Source of the DNA: Candidatus Melainabacteria bacterium
Lineage (GTDB): Bacteria; Cyanobacteriota; Vampirovibrionia; Gastranaerophilales; Gastranaerophilaceae
Reading direction: 5' to 3'
NCBI GenBank assembly: GCA_003258795.1
Contig: QHMH01000007.1
Span: 28,479 to 92,478 of the forward strand
DNA: 64,000 bases
Positions within the stretch are counted from its first letter, which is position 1. Every line of letters begins with the position of its first letter. Shown here in pieces: positions 20,094-29,855 of this stretch. The notes beneath the pieces are model-generated. The model ran no database searches. It saw only the letters and a list, made by a program, of their open reading frames with translations, and was not told the DNA's origin. Both the position numbers and the translations under genes were made by a program.

Positions 20094-21449
20094 ATGGACG
20101 AGATAGGCAGGATATTTTCAAGTATATTAGTAGTAGGTTTTCTACTTTTTTTAAACGGTTTCTTCGTTGCTGCAGAATTTTCTATTGTAAGTGTTAGAAA
20201 AACCAGAATTAAGCAACTTATCAATGAGGGAAATTTTTCTGCAACGCTTGCAATGGAAGCAATAAGAGATTTAGACAAATTCATTGCGGCTGTTCAACTT
20301 GGTGTTACAATATCAAGTATTGGCTTAGGTTGGGTTGGTGAAGCTACTATTGTTGCTTGTATAAATCCACTTTTTAACTTCCTTCCAGAAGCTATAAGGA
20401 TGGGAGCTGCACATTCAGTTTCTACTGCAATCGCTTTCGTTTTAATTACGTTTTTACATGTTGTTATTGGGGAATTGATGCCAAAATCAATAGCACTTCA
20501 ATATCCTGAAAGAACATCTTTGATAATTGCGTGGCCAATGAAATTCGTTTCAAAAGTCTTTGCGCCTGCAATATTCTTGCTTAATGGATTTGGAAACTTC
20601 TTACTTAAACTTTTGAGAATTCCTGCATCTCCTACGACTCATTTAGCGCACTCCGTTGAAGAACTTGATATGTTGATTAACGCAAGCTATGACGAAGGTG
20701 TTTTGAATGAAACAGAAAAGGATATGTTACATAATGTATTTAAGTTTTCAGATTTGAACGCAAAACAAGTTATGATACCAAGAACAGATATGGTGTGTAT
20801 ACCATCTGATATTACATATGAAGAACTATCAGAGCTTATGTTAGATTCACAATATACAAGATATCCTGTTTATGAAGAAACTCTTGATAGAATTGTAGGA
20901 ATATTGCATATAAAAGATTTATATTCTATGCTTCAAAAGAAAGAAAAATTCTCTTTGAAAAAAATTATGCGACCGGTTTTATTAGTCCCTGAAACGATTA
21001 CTATGGATAAACTTGTTTTGGAATTTAAAAAGTGTCAAGGTCAAATGGCAATTGTAGTTGATGAATTTGGCGGTACTTCTGGAATAATAACTCTTGAAGA
21101 TGTTTTGGAAGAAATTTTTGGGGAAGTACAAGACGAATTTGATGAAGAAGAAGCTGAAATTAAAAAGGTTTCCGACAATACATATATGGTCAATGCAATG
21201 TTAAGACTTGATGAACTTGCAGAATATTTTGACGAAGATGCAATAGAAGATGACGATGTTGATACTATTGGCGGACTTGTTGTAAAAAATCTTGGCAGAA
21301 TTGCCAAACCCGATGATGTTACAAGAATAAATGATATGGTATGTAGGGTCAAAGAAGTTGAAGGAGCAAGAATTACAAAGCTCATAATCAAAAAGGACCC
21401 AGTTGAAGAAAAACAAGAAGTACAAAAAACTCAAAATGTTGATCAGTAA
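20094..21449 (+). CDS. CNNM/DUF21-CBS-CorC_HlyC family transporter (hemolysin-C-like)
   Basis: 451 aa with an N-terminal four-TM DUF21 (...FFVAAEFSIVSVRKTRIKQL...), a CBS pair and a C-terminal CorC domain with an acidic tail. Confidence 0.85.
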   Translation: MDEIGRIFSSILVVGFLLFLNGFFVAAEFSIVSVRKTRIKQLINEGNFSATLAMEAIRDLDKFIAAVQLGVTISSIGLGWVGEATIVACINPLFNFLPEAIRMGAAHSVSTAIAFVLITFLHVVIGELMPKSIALQYPERTSLIIAWPMKFVSKVFAPAIFLLNGFGNFLLKLLRIPASPTTHLAHSVEELDMLINASYDEGVLNETEKDMLHNVFKFSDLNAKQVMIPRTDMVCIPSDITYEELSELMLDSQYTRYPVYEETLDRIVGILHIKDLYSMLQKKEKFSLKKIMRPVLLVPETITMDKLVLEFKKCQGQMAIVVDEFGGTSGIITLEDVLEEIFGEVQDEFDEEEAEIKKVSDNTYMVNAMLRLDELAEYFDEDAIEDDDVDTIGGLVVKNLGRIAKPDDVTRINDMVCRVKEVEGARITKLIIKKDPVEEKQEVQKTQNVDQ

Positions 21450-21463
21450 CGTTCAACTATAAA

Positions 21464-22414
21464 TTATTTGAGTTCAACCTCTTTTATATATCTTGGTCGA
21501 GATTTTACTTCAATAAAGACCTGTCCTAAATATTCTCCTATAATTCCAAGGCAAAATAATTGTAAGCCTCCAAATAGAGAGAGAAGACAAACCATAGTTG
21601 ACCAACCAGCTGGTGGCGATTTTAGTACAAGTTTTTCAAATACTACTTCAATTCCTATGCCAAAACCAAATAATGCCATCAAAAATCCAAGCAAAGCAAT
21701 TATTCTTAATGGTCTTACACTAAATGACGTTATCCCATTCAAAGCGAGTGCTGAAAGGTTGAAAACATTAAACTTTGATTTTCCTTGCATTCTTGGTTTA
21801 ACTCTGAAATTTACGTATGCTGTTTTTAATCCTAATTCGTGGAAAAAACCTCTTAAGAATAATTCATTTTCTGAAAATTCATTCATCATATCGATAGCTT
21901 TTTTGCTAACAAGTCTATAATCTGAATGGTTCATTGGAATTTTTACGCCCAAAAAGCTCATAATTTTGTAGAAAAGAATAGCTGTATATTTTTTGAAAGG
22001 TGTATCTGTATCTCTATCTGTTCTTATCCCAGAAACAACATCATATCCTTCACTAAATTTATCTACAAATTTTTCAATTGCCCATTGATCTTGTTGTAAG
22101 TCTGCATCGATTGAAACTACACAATCGCAACCGATTTTTCTTACACCTTCAAGACCAGCGATTAAGGCTTTTTGGTTTCCATAATTTCTTATAAACTTTA
22201 TTCCTTTTATTAACGAATTTTGTTTATGAAGCTTTTCAACAATCTTCCAAGTCCTATCTTTAGAACCATCGTCAATTATATATACATAGCTGTTTTCAGA
22301 AATTTTTTGTTTAACAATAAGGTCGTGTATAACTTCAAAAAGGCTATTGACAGTTGATTCTATCGATAGTTCTTCATTTAAACATGGAATAATAATTGCT
22401 AATGTAGGTTTCAT
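21464..22414 (-). CDS. Family-2 glycosyltransferase, polyprenyl-phosphate sugar transferase type (GtrB/ArnC/HpnI-like) with two C-terminal TM helices
   Basis: 316 aa: LAIIIPCLNEE...YIIDDGSKD...SIDADLQQD followed by C-terminal hydrophobic helices. Confidence 0.8.
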   Translation of the reverse strand: MKPTLAIIIPCLNEELSIESTVNSLFEVIHDLIVKQKISENSYVYIIDDGSKDRTWKIVEKLHKQNSLIKGIKFIRNYGNQKALIAGLEGVRKIGCDCVVSIDADLQQDQWAIEKFVDKFSEGYDVVSGIRTDRDTDTPFKKYTAILFYKIMSFLGVKIPMNHSDYRLVSKKAIDMMNEFSENELFLRGFFHELGLKTAYVNFRVKPRMQGKSKFNVFNLSALALNGITSFSVRPLRIIALLGFLMALFGFGIGIEVVFEKLVLKSPPAGWSTMVCLLSLFGGLQLFCLGIIGEYLGQVFIEVKSRPRYIKEVELK

Positions 22415-22457
22415 AACTTTTATAGTATAATAATTTTGATTTTATGGCAAGGGAAAA

Positions 22458-23279
22458 ATGAGCGAAAAGAAATTTATACTTAATGCTGATGATTTTGGAA
22501 TTTCAAAAGAGTTAAACAAAGCTGTATTGAAAGGTCATTTAAATGGTTTTCTCACAAGTACAAGTATTTGTGCAAATGGAAGAGCTTTTGATTCTGCTGT
22601 GTATGAAATTATTCCAGAATGTCCAAATTTGGGAATTGGTGTTCATTTAAATATTATAGAAGGTCATGGTTTATCCGATGGTGAAAAGTTCACAAAGGGT
22701 TGGGGTGAACTTCTATTGTTGTCTAATAATAAAAATTTTCTTGATAGAGTCGAAAAAGAATTTAGGCTGCAAATAGAGAAAGTCTTAAAGTTTGCGAAGG
22801 TAACTCATATTGATTCGCATGTCCATGTACATGCTATACCTAAATATTTTGAAATTACTTGTAAACTTGCTAAAGAATATGGAATAAAACAAGTTCGTTC
22901 TCAATATGAAAATTTCTACGTTACACCAGATATAAAGAAACATTTGACGATGAAATATCCGCCAAATCTCTTAAAAATTGGTATATTAAATTATTTCTCA
23001 AAACATAATAAAGAAATAGCAAAAAAATATGGACTAAATACAAATGATTATATTATAGGTGTTGGATATACAGGGCTTATGGATGAAAAAACCGTTTATT
23101 CTGGACTAACTTCACTTCCAGAGGAAGATATGGTTGTAGAAGCTTTGATACATCCTCATTTCTACCCGTTCCCAGAAAAGAATAACCAACATTTTAAAGA
23201 GTATTTGATAACTCAAAACAAAGATTTGCAGGATAAAATTCATCGTTTAGGGTTTAAAATCTGTAACTATAAGGATTAA
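22458..23279 (+). CDS. YdjC/ChbG/HpnK-family carbohydrate deacetylase
   Basis: 273 aa. The N-terminus ILNADDFGISKELNKAVLKGHLNGFLTSTSICANG and ...HIDSHVHVH... are YdjC-family hallmarks. Divergent from the GT2 gene. Confidence 0.78.
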   Translation: MSEKKFILNADDFGISKELNKAVLKGHLNGFLTSTSICANGRAFDSAVYEIIPECPNLGIGVHLNIIEGHGLSDGEKFTKGWGELLLLSNNKNFLDRVEKEFRLQIEKVLKFAKVTHIDSHVHVHAIPKYFEITCKLAKEYGIKQVRSQYENFYVTPDIKKHLTMKYPPNLLKIGILNYFSKHNKEIAKKYGLNTNDYIIGVGYTGLMDEKTVYSGLTSLPEEDMVVEALIHPHFYPFPEKNNQHFKEYLITQNKDLQDKIHRLGFKICNYKD

Positions 23280-23282
23280 CCT

Positions 23283-24992
23283 TTGAAAAGATTTACGATT
23301 ATATTATTACCAGTTATTTTAGTTATTTTTTTTCTGTTTCAGTTTTATAAAAATACGGAGTATGACGTTTTAAGGGTGATTTCTCCCACTGAAATAATTT
23401 TGGACTTTAATAGCAACAAAAGAATTGATAATAATGAAAATATAGTATTGAAAAATATTTTAAGTTTTTCAACGAAAAAAGATAATAGTGAAGTGACTGC
23501 GATATATAATTTATCTAATGAAGATGCAATGCGGGTAGGGTTTTTAGCTGAAAACTTTGCAAAAGATAAGTTGGAGCAAAAACGTGTAAAAGTCTTTAAA
23601 GATGAAATTTACATTGATGATAAAAAATATTCAGATATTCTTTTGAATAGTGGTTTTGCGGTAAGAAAAGGTGAATCATTCGGACAAAAACTTCAATATA
23701 ATTTAGAAAAAGCAAGAAAAATAAATCTAATTATTCTTAATAATAGAAATTTTAAATATCACAAATTAAATTGCAAATTTGGGCTTGCAGCCCACAACTA
23801 TGAAGTAATTCCAAAATCACAAGTTCCTAAAGAGGCAACGCCTTGTAAATATTGTTTTGTACAAAAAGAAAAAGCACCGGTAAAACAGGAAATTATATAT
23901 AAAAATCTTATTACAAAACATCATAAATTTCAGATGTTTTTGACTGATATGACGGTTAACTTGAAGCCTTCAAAAGATTGCACTTCAACAATTTGTAAAG
24001 CTCTCGTAAAAGAAATTTCATCTGCACAATCAACAATAGATTTTGCTATATATGGATATACAAAAATTCCAAAGGTTCAAAAGGCTCTTGAAGATGCACA
24101 GAAAAGAGGTGTTAAAATTCGATTTGTTTATGATATGGACAAAAAGGGAAACATTTATCCTGATACATTTTACCTCGCCTCACTTTTAAAAGAAAACAAT
24201 AAGGATATTTCACCATCAATAATGCATAATAAATTCTTTATTTTTGACGGTAAAAAAGTTTTTACAGGGTCAACAAATCTTAGTAATACTGATATGTCAG
24301 GATTTAATTCAAATTCGGCAATTTTGATTGAATCAGTAGAGGTTGCAAAAATGTTTGAAAAAGAATTCAATCAAATGTTCAATGGAAACTTTCATGAAAG
24401 AAAAAATAAAATTGCAAAGAGTAATGACTCAAATGTGAGAGTCTTTTTTTCTCCACAGGATAAAATAATTACAACCCAAATAATTCCCCTTGTAAATTCA
24501 GCAAAAAATTACATATATATCCCAACCTTCTTGATTACCCATAAAGAATTTGCAAAAAGTCTTATAAAAGCTAAAAATAGAGGAGTCGACGTAAAAATTA
24601 TTTTGGATTCGACAAACACAAGACCACCAAGTCAAATAGATTATTTGCGAGCAGCTAAAATCCCAGTAAAAACAGAAAATTACGCAGGAAAGCTTCATTC
24701 AAAAAGTATGATAGTTGACGATAAGTACGTAATTATAGGCTCAATGAATTTTTCACGAAGTGGTGAAGATTTTAATGATGAAAATCTCTTAATCATTGAA
24801 GATAGTGAACTTGCGAAATTTTATAAAAATTTCTTCAATTATTTATGGGTAAAAATTCCTAATATTTGGCTTGTTCGAAAAGCTCGTGCGGAATCTCCAG
24901 ATTCAATTGGTTCTTGCAACGATGGAATTGATAATGATTTTGATGGAAAAATTGACTCTCAAGATGAGGGATGTATGCTAAAAAAGCATTAA
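23283..24992 (+). CDS. Phospholipase-D-family protein with two HKD motifs, an N-terminal signal anchor + SNase-like region, and a C-terminal Cys/Asp-rich MopE-like motif
   Basis: 569 aa with TTG start and AAGGAT RBS. HKD motifs are MHNKFFIFDGKK...GSTNLS and LHSKSMIVDDKY...GSMNFS. The N-terminus has YDVLRVISPTEIILDF...ILLNSGFAV (thermonuclease-like). C-terminus is CNDGIDNDFDGKIDSQDEGC. Confidence 0.75.
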   Translation: MKRFTIILLPVILVIFFLFQFYKNTEYDVLRVISPTEIILDFNSNKRIDNNENIVLKNILSFSTKKDNSEVTAIYNLSNEDAMRVGFLAENFAKDKLEQKRVKVFKDEIYIDDKKYSDILLNSGFAVRKGESFGQKLQYNLEKARKINLIILNNRNFKYHKLNCKFGLAAHNYEVIPKSQVPKEATPCKYCFVQKEKAPVKQEIIYKNLITKHHKFQMFLTDMTVNLKPSKDCTSTICKALVKEISSAQSTIDFAIYGYTKIPKVQKALEDAQKRGVKIRFVYDMDKKGNIYPDTFYLASLLKENNKDISPSIMHNKFFIFDGKKVFTGSTNLSNTDMSGFNSNSAILIESVEVAKMFEKEFNQMFNGNFHERKNKIAKSNDSNVRVFFSPQDKIITTQIIPLVNSAKNYIYIPTFLITHKEFAKSLIKAKNRGVDVKIILDSTNTRPPSQIDYLRAAKIPVKTENYAGKLHSKSMIVDDKYVIIGSMNFSRSGEDFNDENLLIIEDSELAKFYKNFFNYLWVKIPNIWLVRKARAESPDSIGSCNDGIDNDFDGKIDSQDEGCMLKKH

Positions 24993-25366
24993 ACTTCTTC
25001 AAGATAATCTTCGTAATCGAGCAAGTCGAGAGAATCTATATGAGCGCTGTTACTTCTAACTTTGATAAACCAAGAATTTTCGCAAGAATTTTCCCCAGAA
25101 AAATCAATATTATTTAAGGCATCATCATTTACTTCCTCAACAGTACCACCAATTGGCATATACATTTCAAAAGCATCTTTCAAAGATTCAACTGTTCCAA
25201 AAGCTTCTCCTTTAGAATATGATGTTCCAACTTTTGGCAGTTCTAAAAAAACGATTTCACCGAGTTTTTTAAGTGCATAGTCTGTAAGACCAATATAGTA
25301 ATATCCGTCTTTCTCTACTAAAAATTCGTGAGTTCTATTGCATAAAATTCCTTCGGCTAATAACAT
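24989..25366 (-). CDS. gcvH: Glycine cleavage system H protein
   Basis: 125 aa; ...HEFLVEKDGYYYIGLTDYALKKLGEIVFLELP... with lipoyl-lysine context ...GTVESLKDAFEMY... Confidence 0.82.
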   Translation of the reverse strand: MLLAEGILCNRTHEFLVEKDGYYYIGLTDYALKKLGEIVFLELPKVGTSYSKGEAFGTVESLKDAFEMYMPIGGTVEEVNDDALNNIDFSGENSCENSWFIKVRSNSAHIDSLDLLDYEDYLEEV

Positions 25367-25529
25367 ACAATCTCCAAATTTGCCATTCTTAACATTTCCT
25401 ACAACATTTTAACCAGAAAATATGTTTCAAGGCAAATTTACTTAACATTTTTAACATTATGTATATTTTTGCAAATATTGTTGCTGAAATTCTTATAAAA
25501 TGTTATGATGAAGAAAGATTGGGGGGCTA

Positions 25530-26615
25530 ATGTCAAACTTTGATGTCGTTTCTTTTCTTTGTAAAGCGGTAGAAACAGGAGGATCAGATATTCATCTTTC
25601 GGTTGGAGAAAGACCTGTATTGAGAATTGGTGGAAGAATTGTTAAAATCGATATGCCAATATTGACGGAGGAAGACTTATACACATCAATAGATTTACTT
25701 GCACCACAAATTTTAAAAGAAAGAGCATTAAAAAGTAATGATATAGATTTTGCCTATGAAATTGCTGGCGTTTCAAGATTTAGGGTAAACATTTCTCGAC
25801 AAATGACAAAGCCGAAATTAAGTATTAGGGTTATCCCGTTTGCAATTAAAACACCAGTTGAATTAGGTCTTCCTGAATATATTAAAACCTTAACAGATGC
25901 AAGGTCTGGATTGATTCTTGTTACTGGAAAAACTGGTAGTGGAAAATCTACAACTCTTGCATCCTTGATAAACGAGATAAATATAAATTACAGAAAACAC
26001 ATTATCACTCTTGAAGATCCTGTTGAGTTTGTATTCAAAAATAGAAAATCAATAGTTACTCAACGACAAATAGAAATAGATACAGAAAGTTTTACAGATG
26101 GAATTAAATATGCATTGCGACAAGATCCGGACGTTATACTTGTTGGTGAAATAAGAGATGAAGACAGTGTAAAAAATGCTCTACTTGCGGCTGAAACTGG
26201 TTTGCTTGTATTTGCAACGTTACACACAAAGGATTCTGTTCAAACTATATCAAGAATAATAAATATGTTTAAACCTGCGTTTAGAGATAACATCAGAGAA
26301 GAAATTGCAGAGGTTTTGGTTGGAGTTATCTCTCAAAAACTTGTAGTTGGCAAAGATAAAAAGTCAAGATATCCAGTCTGTGAAGTAATGATGAGTACGC
26401 CAACAATACGTGATTTAATTAAAAAAGGCAGAACAGATGAAGTTTATGGTTACATAAAGAGTAACTCATTTGAAAATATGACAACTTTTAACTGTTCTAT
26501 TTTTGAATTATTGAACAAAGGTTTAATTACAGAAGAAGAAGCCTTGTCTGCAACAGAAAACAAAATAGAACTACAACAAATGATAAAAGGAGCATTTAGT
26601 GGTACAAAGTTCTAA
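25530..26615 (+). CDS. pilT: Type IV pilus retraction ATPase PilT
   Basis: 361 aa with Walker A GKTGSGKST, ITLEDPVEF and the GEIRD motif. Confidence 0.88.
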   Translation: MSNFDVVSFLCKAVETGGSDIHLSVGERPVLRIGGRIVKIDMPILTEEDLYTSIDLLAPQILKERALKSNDIDFAYEIAGVSRFRVNISRQMTKPKLSIRVIPFAIKTPVELGLPEYIKTLTDARSGLILVTGKTGSGKSTTLASLINEININYRKHIITLEDPVEFVFKNRKSIVTQRQIEIDTESFTDGIKYALRQDPDVILVGEIRDEDSVKNALLAAETGLLVFATLHTKDSVQTISRIINMFKPAFRDNIREEIAEVLVGVISQKLVVGKDKKSRYPVCEVMMSTPTIRDLIKKGRTDEVYGYIKSNSFENMTTFNCSIFELLNKGLITEEEALSATENKIELQQMIKGAFSGTKF

Positions 26616-27378
26616 AACCTTTACAGTAAATGCTATCAATTTGAAATCCTATGATTTGAGTGATTATGACAAAATTATTTTAATGTATTCAAGAGAATCT
26701 GGGTTAATAAGAGGGGTTGCAAAAGGTTGTAAAAAGCCCAAAAGTAAAATTGGGGCAAGAGCAGACTTGCTTGTGGCAAATAATATACTTCTATCTAAAG
26801 GAAGAAATCTGGATATTATTTGTGAGGCAAAAACAATAAATTCCTTTAAAGAAAATAGAGAAAGTATTGAAAAAATAATGTATTCTTCATACATTGCAGA
26901 AATAGTCAGTATTTTTGGGGTGGAAAATGACCCTTGCTCTGAAAAGATATACGATCTTCTCTATAAAGCAACGGAAAAAATTTCGTCATCAAAAACCCTA
27001 AAAGATATTTTGATTGCAGTTATGAAATTCCAATTGAAAATTATGCAAATTGAAGGTTTTGGAATTGAACTAAATAAATGCTTATGTTGTGGTGAAAATA
27101 TAGAAGAAAAGAATTTTTATTTTTCAATACAAAAAGGTGGAGTTATTTGTAGCCTTTGTAGTGAACAATCTTATGGTGGAGTTAAAATTCATCATAAAAT
27201 CAGAGATTTCTTGCAATCAATGCTGAATAGTAATTTTGAAGATGAAAGTGAGTATGATAGAAAAGCTACTGAAAAGGTTTGTAGCGTTTGTTTTGAGCTT
27301 TTAAAAAATTATGTCAAAGTACATTGCAATAAAAATTTCAAATCAGTTGAGCTATTGGCAGAAACTTGTAATTGTTAA
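26599..27378 (+). CDS. recO: DNA repair protein RecO
   Basis: 259 aa with an N-terminal OB fold and a C-terminal zinc-binding CLCCGE...CSLCSE. The start overlaps the pilT end. Confidence 0.8.
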   Translation: MVQSSKTFTVNAINLKSYDLSDYDKIILMYSRESGLIRGVAKGCKKPKSKIGARADLLVANNILLSKGRNLDIICEAKTINSFKENRESIEKIMYSSYIAEIVSIFGVENDPCSEKIYDLLYKATEKISSSKTLKDILIAVMKFQLKIMQIEGFGIELNKCLCCGENIEEKNFYFSIQKGGVICSLCSEQSYGGVKIHHKIRDFLQSMLNSNFEDESEYDRKATEKVCSVCFELLKNYVKVHCNKNFKSVELLAETCNC

Positions 27379-27392
27379 GTGGAGAAGATTTT

Positions 27393-28478
27393 ATGAATAT
27401 CGTATTTTTTATCGTGGGGGCAGTATTTGGGGCTGGAATTGTTTTTTTAATTCAGTATCTAAATAAAAATAAATTGGAAAAAGAACGTAGCGAATTTATC
27501 CAAAATATGCAATTACAATTTGAAAATCTTACAAATAGAATATTTAAAGAAACTTCTAATGATTTTTCAGACAAAAATAAAGAAAAACTCGATGAATTTT
27601 TTGAAAAATTTAAAGAGAAAATTGAAGATTTTGAAAAGAGAACAGAAAGAAATTTTAAAGAAGAAATTGAAAACTTTTCAAAATTCGATGCAAATATTAA
27701 AACCTTTATTGAGGCTGGAAATAAGATTAGTAGAGATACTCAAACTCTATCAAATGTAATGAGAAGTGATAATAGGAGTCAGGGTTCTTGGGGCGAATTG
27801 GTTTTAGAAAAAGTTCTTGAGGCTTCAGGACTTCGCAAAGATGAAGAGTACTTTTTGCAAAAAGGAATTGGAGAAGGAAGACCTGATGCAACTGTTTTGT
27901 TGCCAGAAAATAGATGTGTGTATATTGATGCTAAAACTTCTGTTTCTTCGTGGTCGAACTACGTTAATGCAGAAAGTGAAGAAGATAAAAATACATATTT
28001 AAAAGAGTTTATAGAATCTACCAAAAAACATATTACAGGTCTTGCAAATAGAAATTATTGTGCAGATGAAAAATCTCCTGATTATGTTTTGATGTTTGTA
28101 CCAATAGAAAGTTGTTATTCATTGATGTTTTGCAATAATTCTACACTTTGGGAATTAGCTTGGAAAAATAAAGTAATGCCAGTTTCTCCGTCAACACTTC
28201 TTGCAGCGTTAAAAATAATAAATTCATTTAGGTTAATTGATAGACAAAATAAGAATGCAGTCGAAATTTCAAAAATTTGTACAAAAATGTTAGATAAGTT
28301 TGCAGACATGTTAAAGGATATGTTAGATGTAAGAAAGAAAACAGATGCTGTTCTTGTTAAACTTCAAGGAAAAGATAACATTCTTGTTAATATAGAAAAA
28401 CTAAAAAATTTGGGTGCTGTAATGAATAAAAAAATGCCTGAAATAGAAAATGTCTCTGTGGATGAAGTTGTTTCCTAA
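27393..28478 (+). CDS. rmuC: DNA recombination protein RmuC
   Basis: N-terminal TM helix, long coiled coil and C-terminal RmuC nuclease-like region. GGAGAAG RBS precedes the ATG at 27393; the ORF track used an upstream TTG overlapping recO. Confidence 0.8.
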   Translation: MNIVFFIVGAVFGAGIVFLIQYLNKNKLEKERSEFIQNMQLQFENLTNRIFKETSNDFSDKNKEKLDEFFEKFKEKIEDFEKRTERNFKEEIENFSKFDANIKTFIEAGNKISRDTQTLSNVMRSDNRSQGSWGELVLEKVLEASGLRKDEEYFLQKGIGEGRPDATVLLPENRCVYIDAKTSVSSWSNYVNAESEEDKNTYLKEFIESTKKHITGLANRNYCADEKSPDYVLMFVPIESCYSLMFCNNSTLWELAWKNKVMPVSPSTLLAALKIINSFRLIDRQNKNAVEISKICTKMLDKFADMLKDMLDVRKKTDAVLVKLQGKDNILVNIEKLKNLGAVMNKKMPEIENVSVDEVVS

Positions 28479-29791
28479 TCTTGTAAAAACTTTCTTATTC
28501 CGTCAGCTATTGCTTTTGCACAATCTTTCCTAAAGTTTTCATCTATTAGAAGCATATTGTCGTGAGGATTTATCATATATGCAACTTCGACTAAGACACA
28601 AACAGCTTGAGTTGGTCTTACAAGGGCTAAACTCCCTCTTCTAACTCTATCGTTATTTGTTTTGACTTGTTCAGTTATTTCTTTTAAAATGCTCTCTGCA
28701 AGGGGTTTTGCTTGGTTTTGATAATAGTATACACTTGTTCCTCGATTTTTGTTTGGGTCTGCGTTGTCTGGAAGAGCGTTTGCGTGAATGCTCACAGAAA
28801 TTGTAGCATTACTATTCTTTATCGTTTCAACTCTTTTTTGTAGTGATACTTGCGAATCATCTTCTCTCGTCATAACAATAGGAAAATCTTCTTCCAGTTC
28901 ATCCTTTAAAAGATTTGCAATGCTTAGGTTTATGTCTTTTTCATAATGTCCACAACATCCTATTGCCCCTTTTTCTTTTCCGCCATGACCAGCATCAATC
29001 AAAATTATCGGTTTTATTTTACAGTTTTTACGTCTTACCTTCAATGTAAAAATATTTTCATCATCGTAATAATAATCATATCCAATTATCTTTTCTTTAT
29101 CTGGAATGAAGGTATATACATCGGTATTTTCAAGATTATAAAAAGATAAAATCAGTTTTTCATCATTTATTACAGAAAAGGGAATTTTCTTTGAAAGTTT
29201 AAATCTATAATAATCAAAATCTTTTGAATGCTTAGTTTTAAGACATTTTATGCTTGCAAGACTTGTTTGTTCATCTATTACAGGAGATATGTCTGACTTT
29301 GCAATCCAAGCATTAGAAGTTTTGTTTAAATATATTCGATAAAAATTGCCTTGCTCCCCATTTACTATAAGTCTTGTACCCTTTGGAAGAAGAGAAAGTC
29401 TATTTATTCCATAATCCTTTGCTGTGCTTCTAAAAGCTGTATTATCTTTGTTGACAACAAATTCTGTAAAAGGAATTTCTGACAATATATTTTGTGTTGC
29501 CTTTTTAGAAGGTGTTGGTCTTGTTATTGTATAGGTTAATGAATTTTCAGATGATTTTATTTCAAAAATATTTTTTCCTTGAGAAAGTTTTACTACGTAA
29601 GCAAATCCACCGTTTTCAACGGTAGGAACATCTTCCCCGTTGATAGTTATGGGGGTATCTGAATGTCCAATGAAAAAAGTTGAATTAGAATTTATTATAG
29701 CATTTTTCGATTTTGGATAAACTATTTCAAAGCCTTCACTACTTTGAATTAAAGAAATGAATATTAAAAGTGTAATTAAGAATTTTTTCAT
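28475..29791 (-). CDS. N-acetylmuramoyl-L-alanine amidase (Amidase_3, AmiC-like) with signal peptide and N-terminal beta-rich targeting region
   Basis: 438 aa. The C-terminal domain ILIDAGHGGKEKGAIGCCGHYEKDINLSIA...HANA is the Amidase_3 zinc site. N-terminal signal peptide MKKFLITLLIFISLIQS. Confidence 0.85.
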   Translation of the reverse strand: MKKFLITLLIFISLIQSSEGFEIVYPKSKNAIINSNSTFFIGHSDTPITINGEDVPTVENGGFAYVVKLSQGKNIFEIKSSENSLTYTITRPTPSKKATQNILSEIPFTEFVVNKDNTAFRSTAKDYGINRLSLLPKGTRLIVNGEQGNFYRIYLNKTSNAWIAKSDISPVIDEQTSLASIKCLKTKHSKDFDYYRFKLSKKIPFSVINDEKLILSFYNLENTDVYTFIPDKEKIIGYDYYYDDENIFTLKVRRKNCKIKPIILIDAGHGGKEKGAIGCCGHYEKDINLSIANLLKDELEEDFPIVMTREDDSQVSLQKRVETIKNSNATISVSIHANALPDNADPNKNRGTSVYYYQNQAKPLAESILKEITEQVKTNNDRVRRGSLALVRPTQAVCVLVEVAYMINPHDNMLLIDENFRKDCAKAIADGIRKFLQD

Positions 29792-29855
29792 AAGAAAAGT
29801 ATATTTTAATTTAATTTTTTTGTCATTATCTTTTTTTTAAGATAAAATAGGACAT

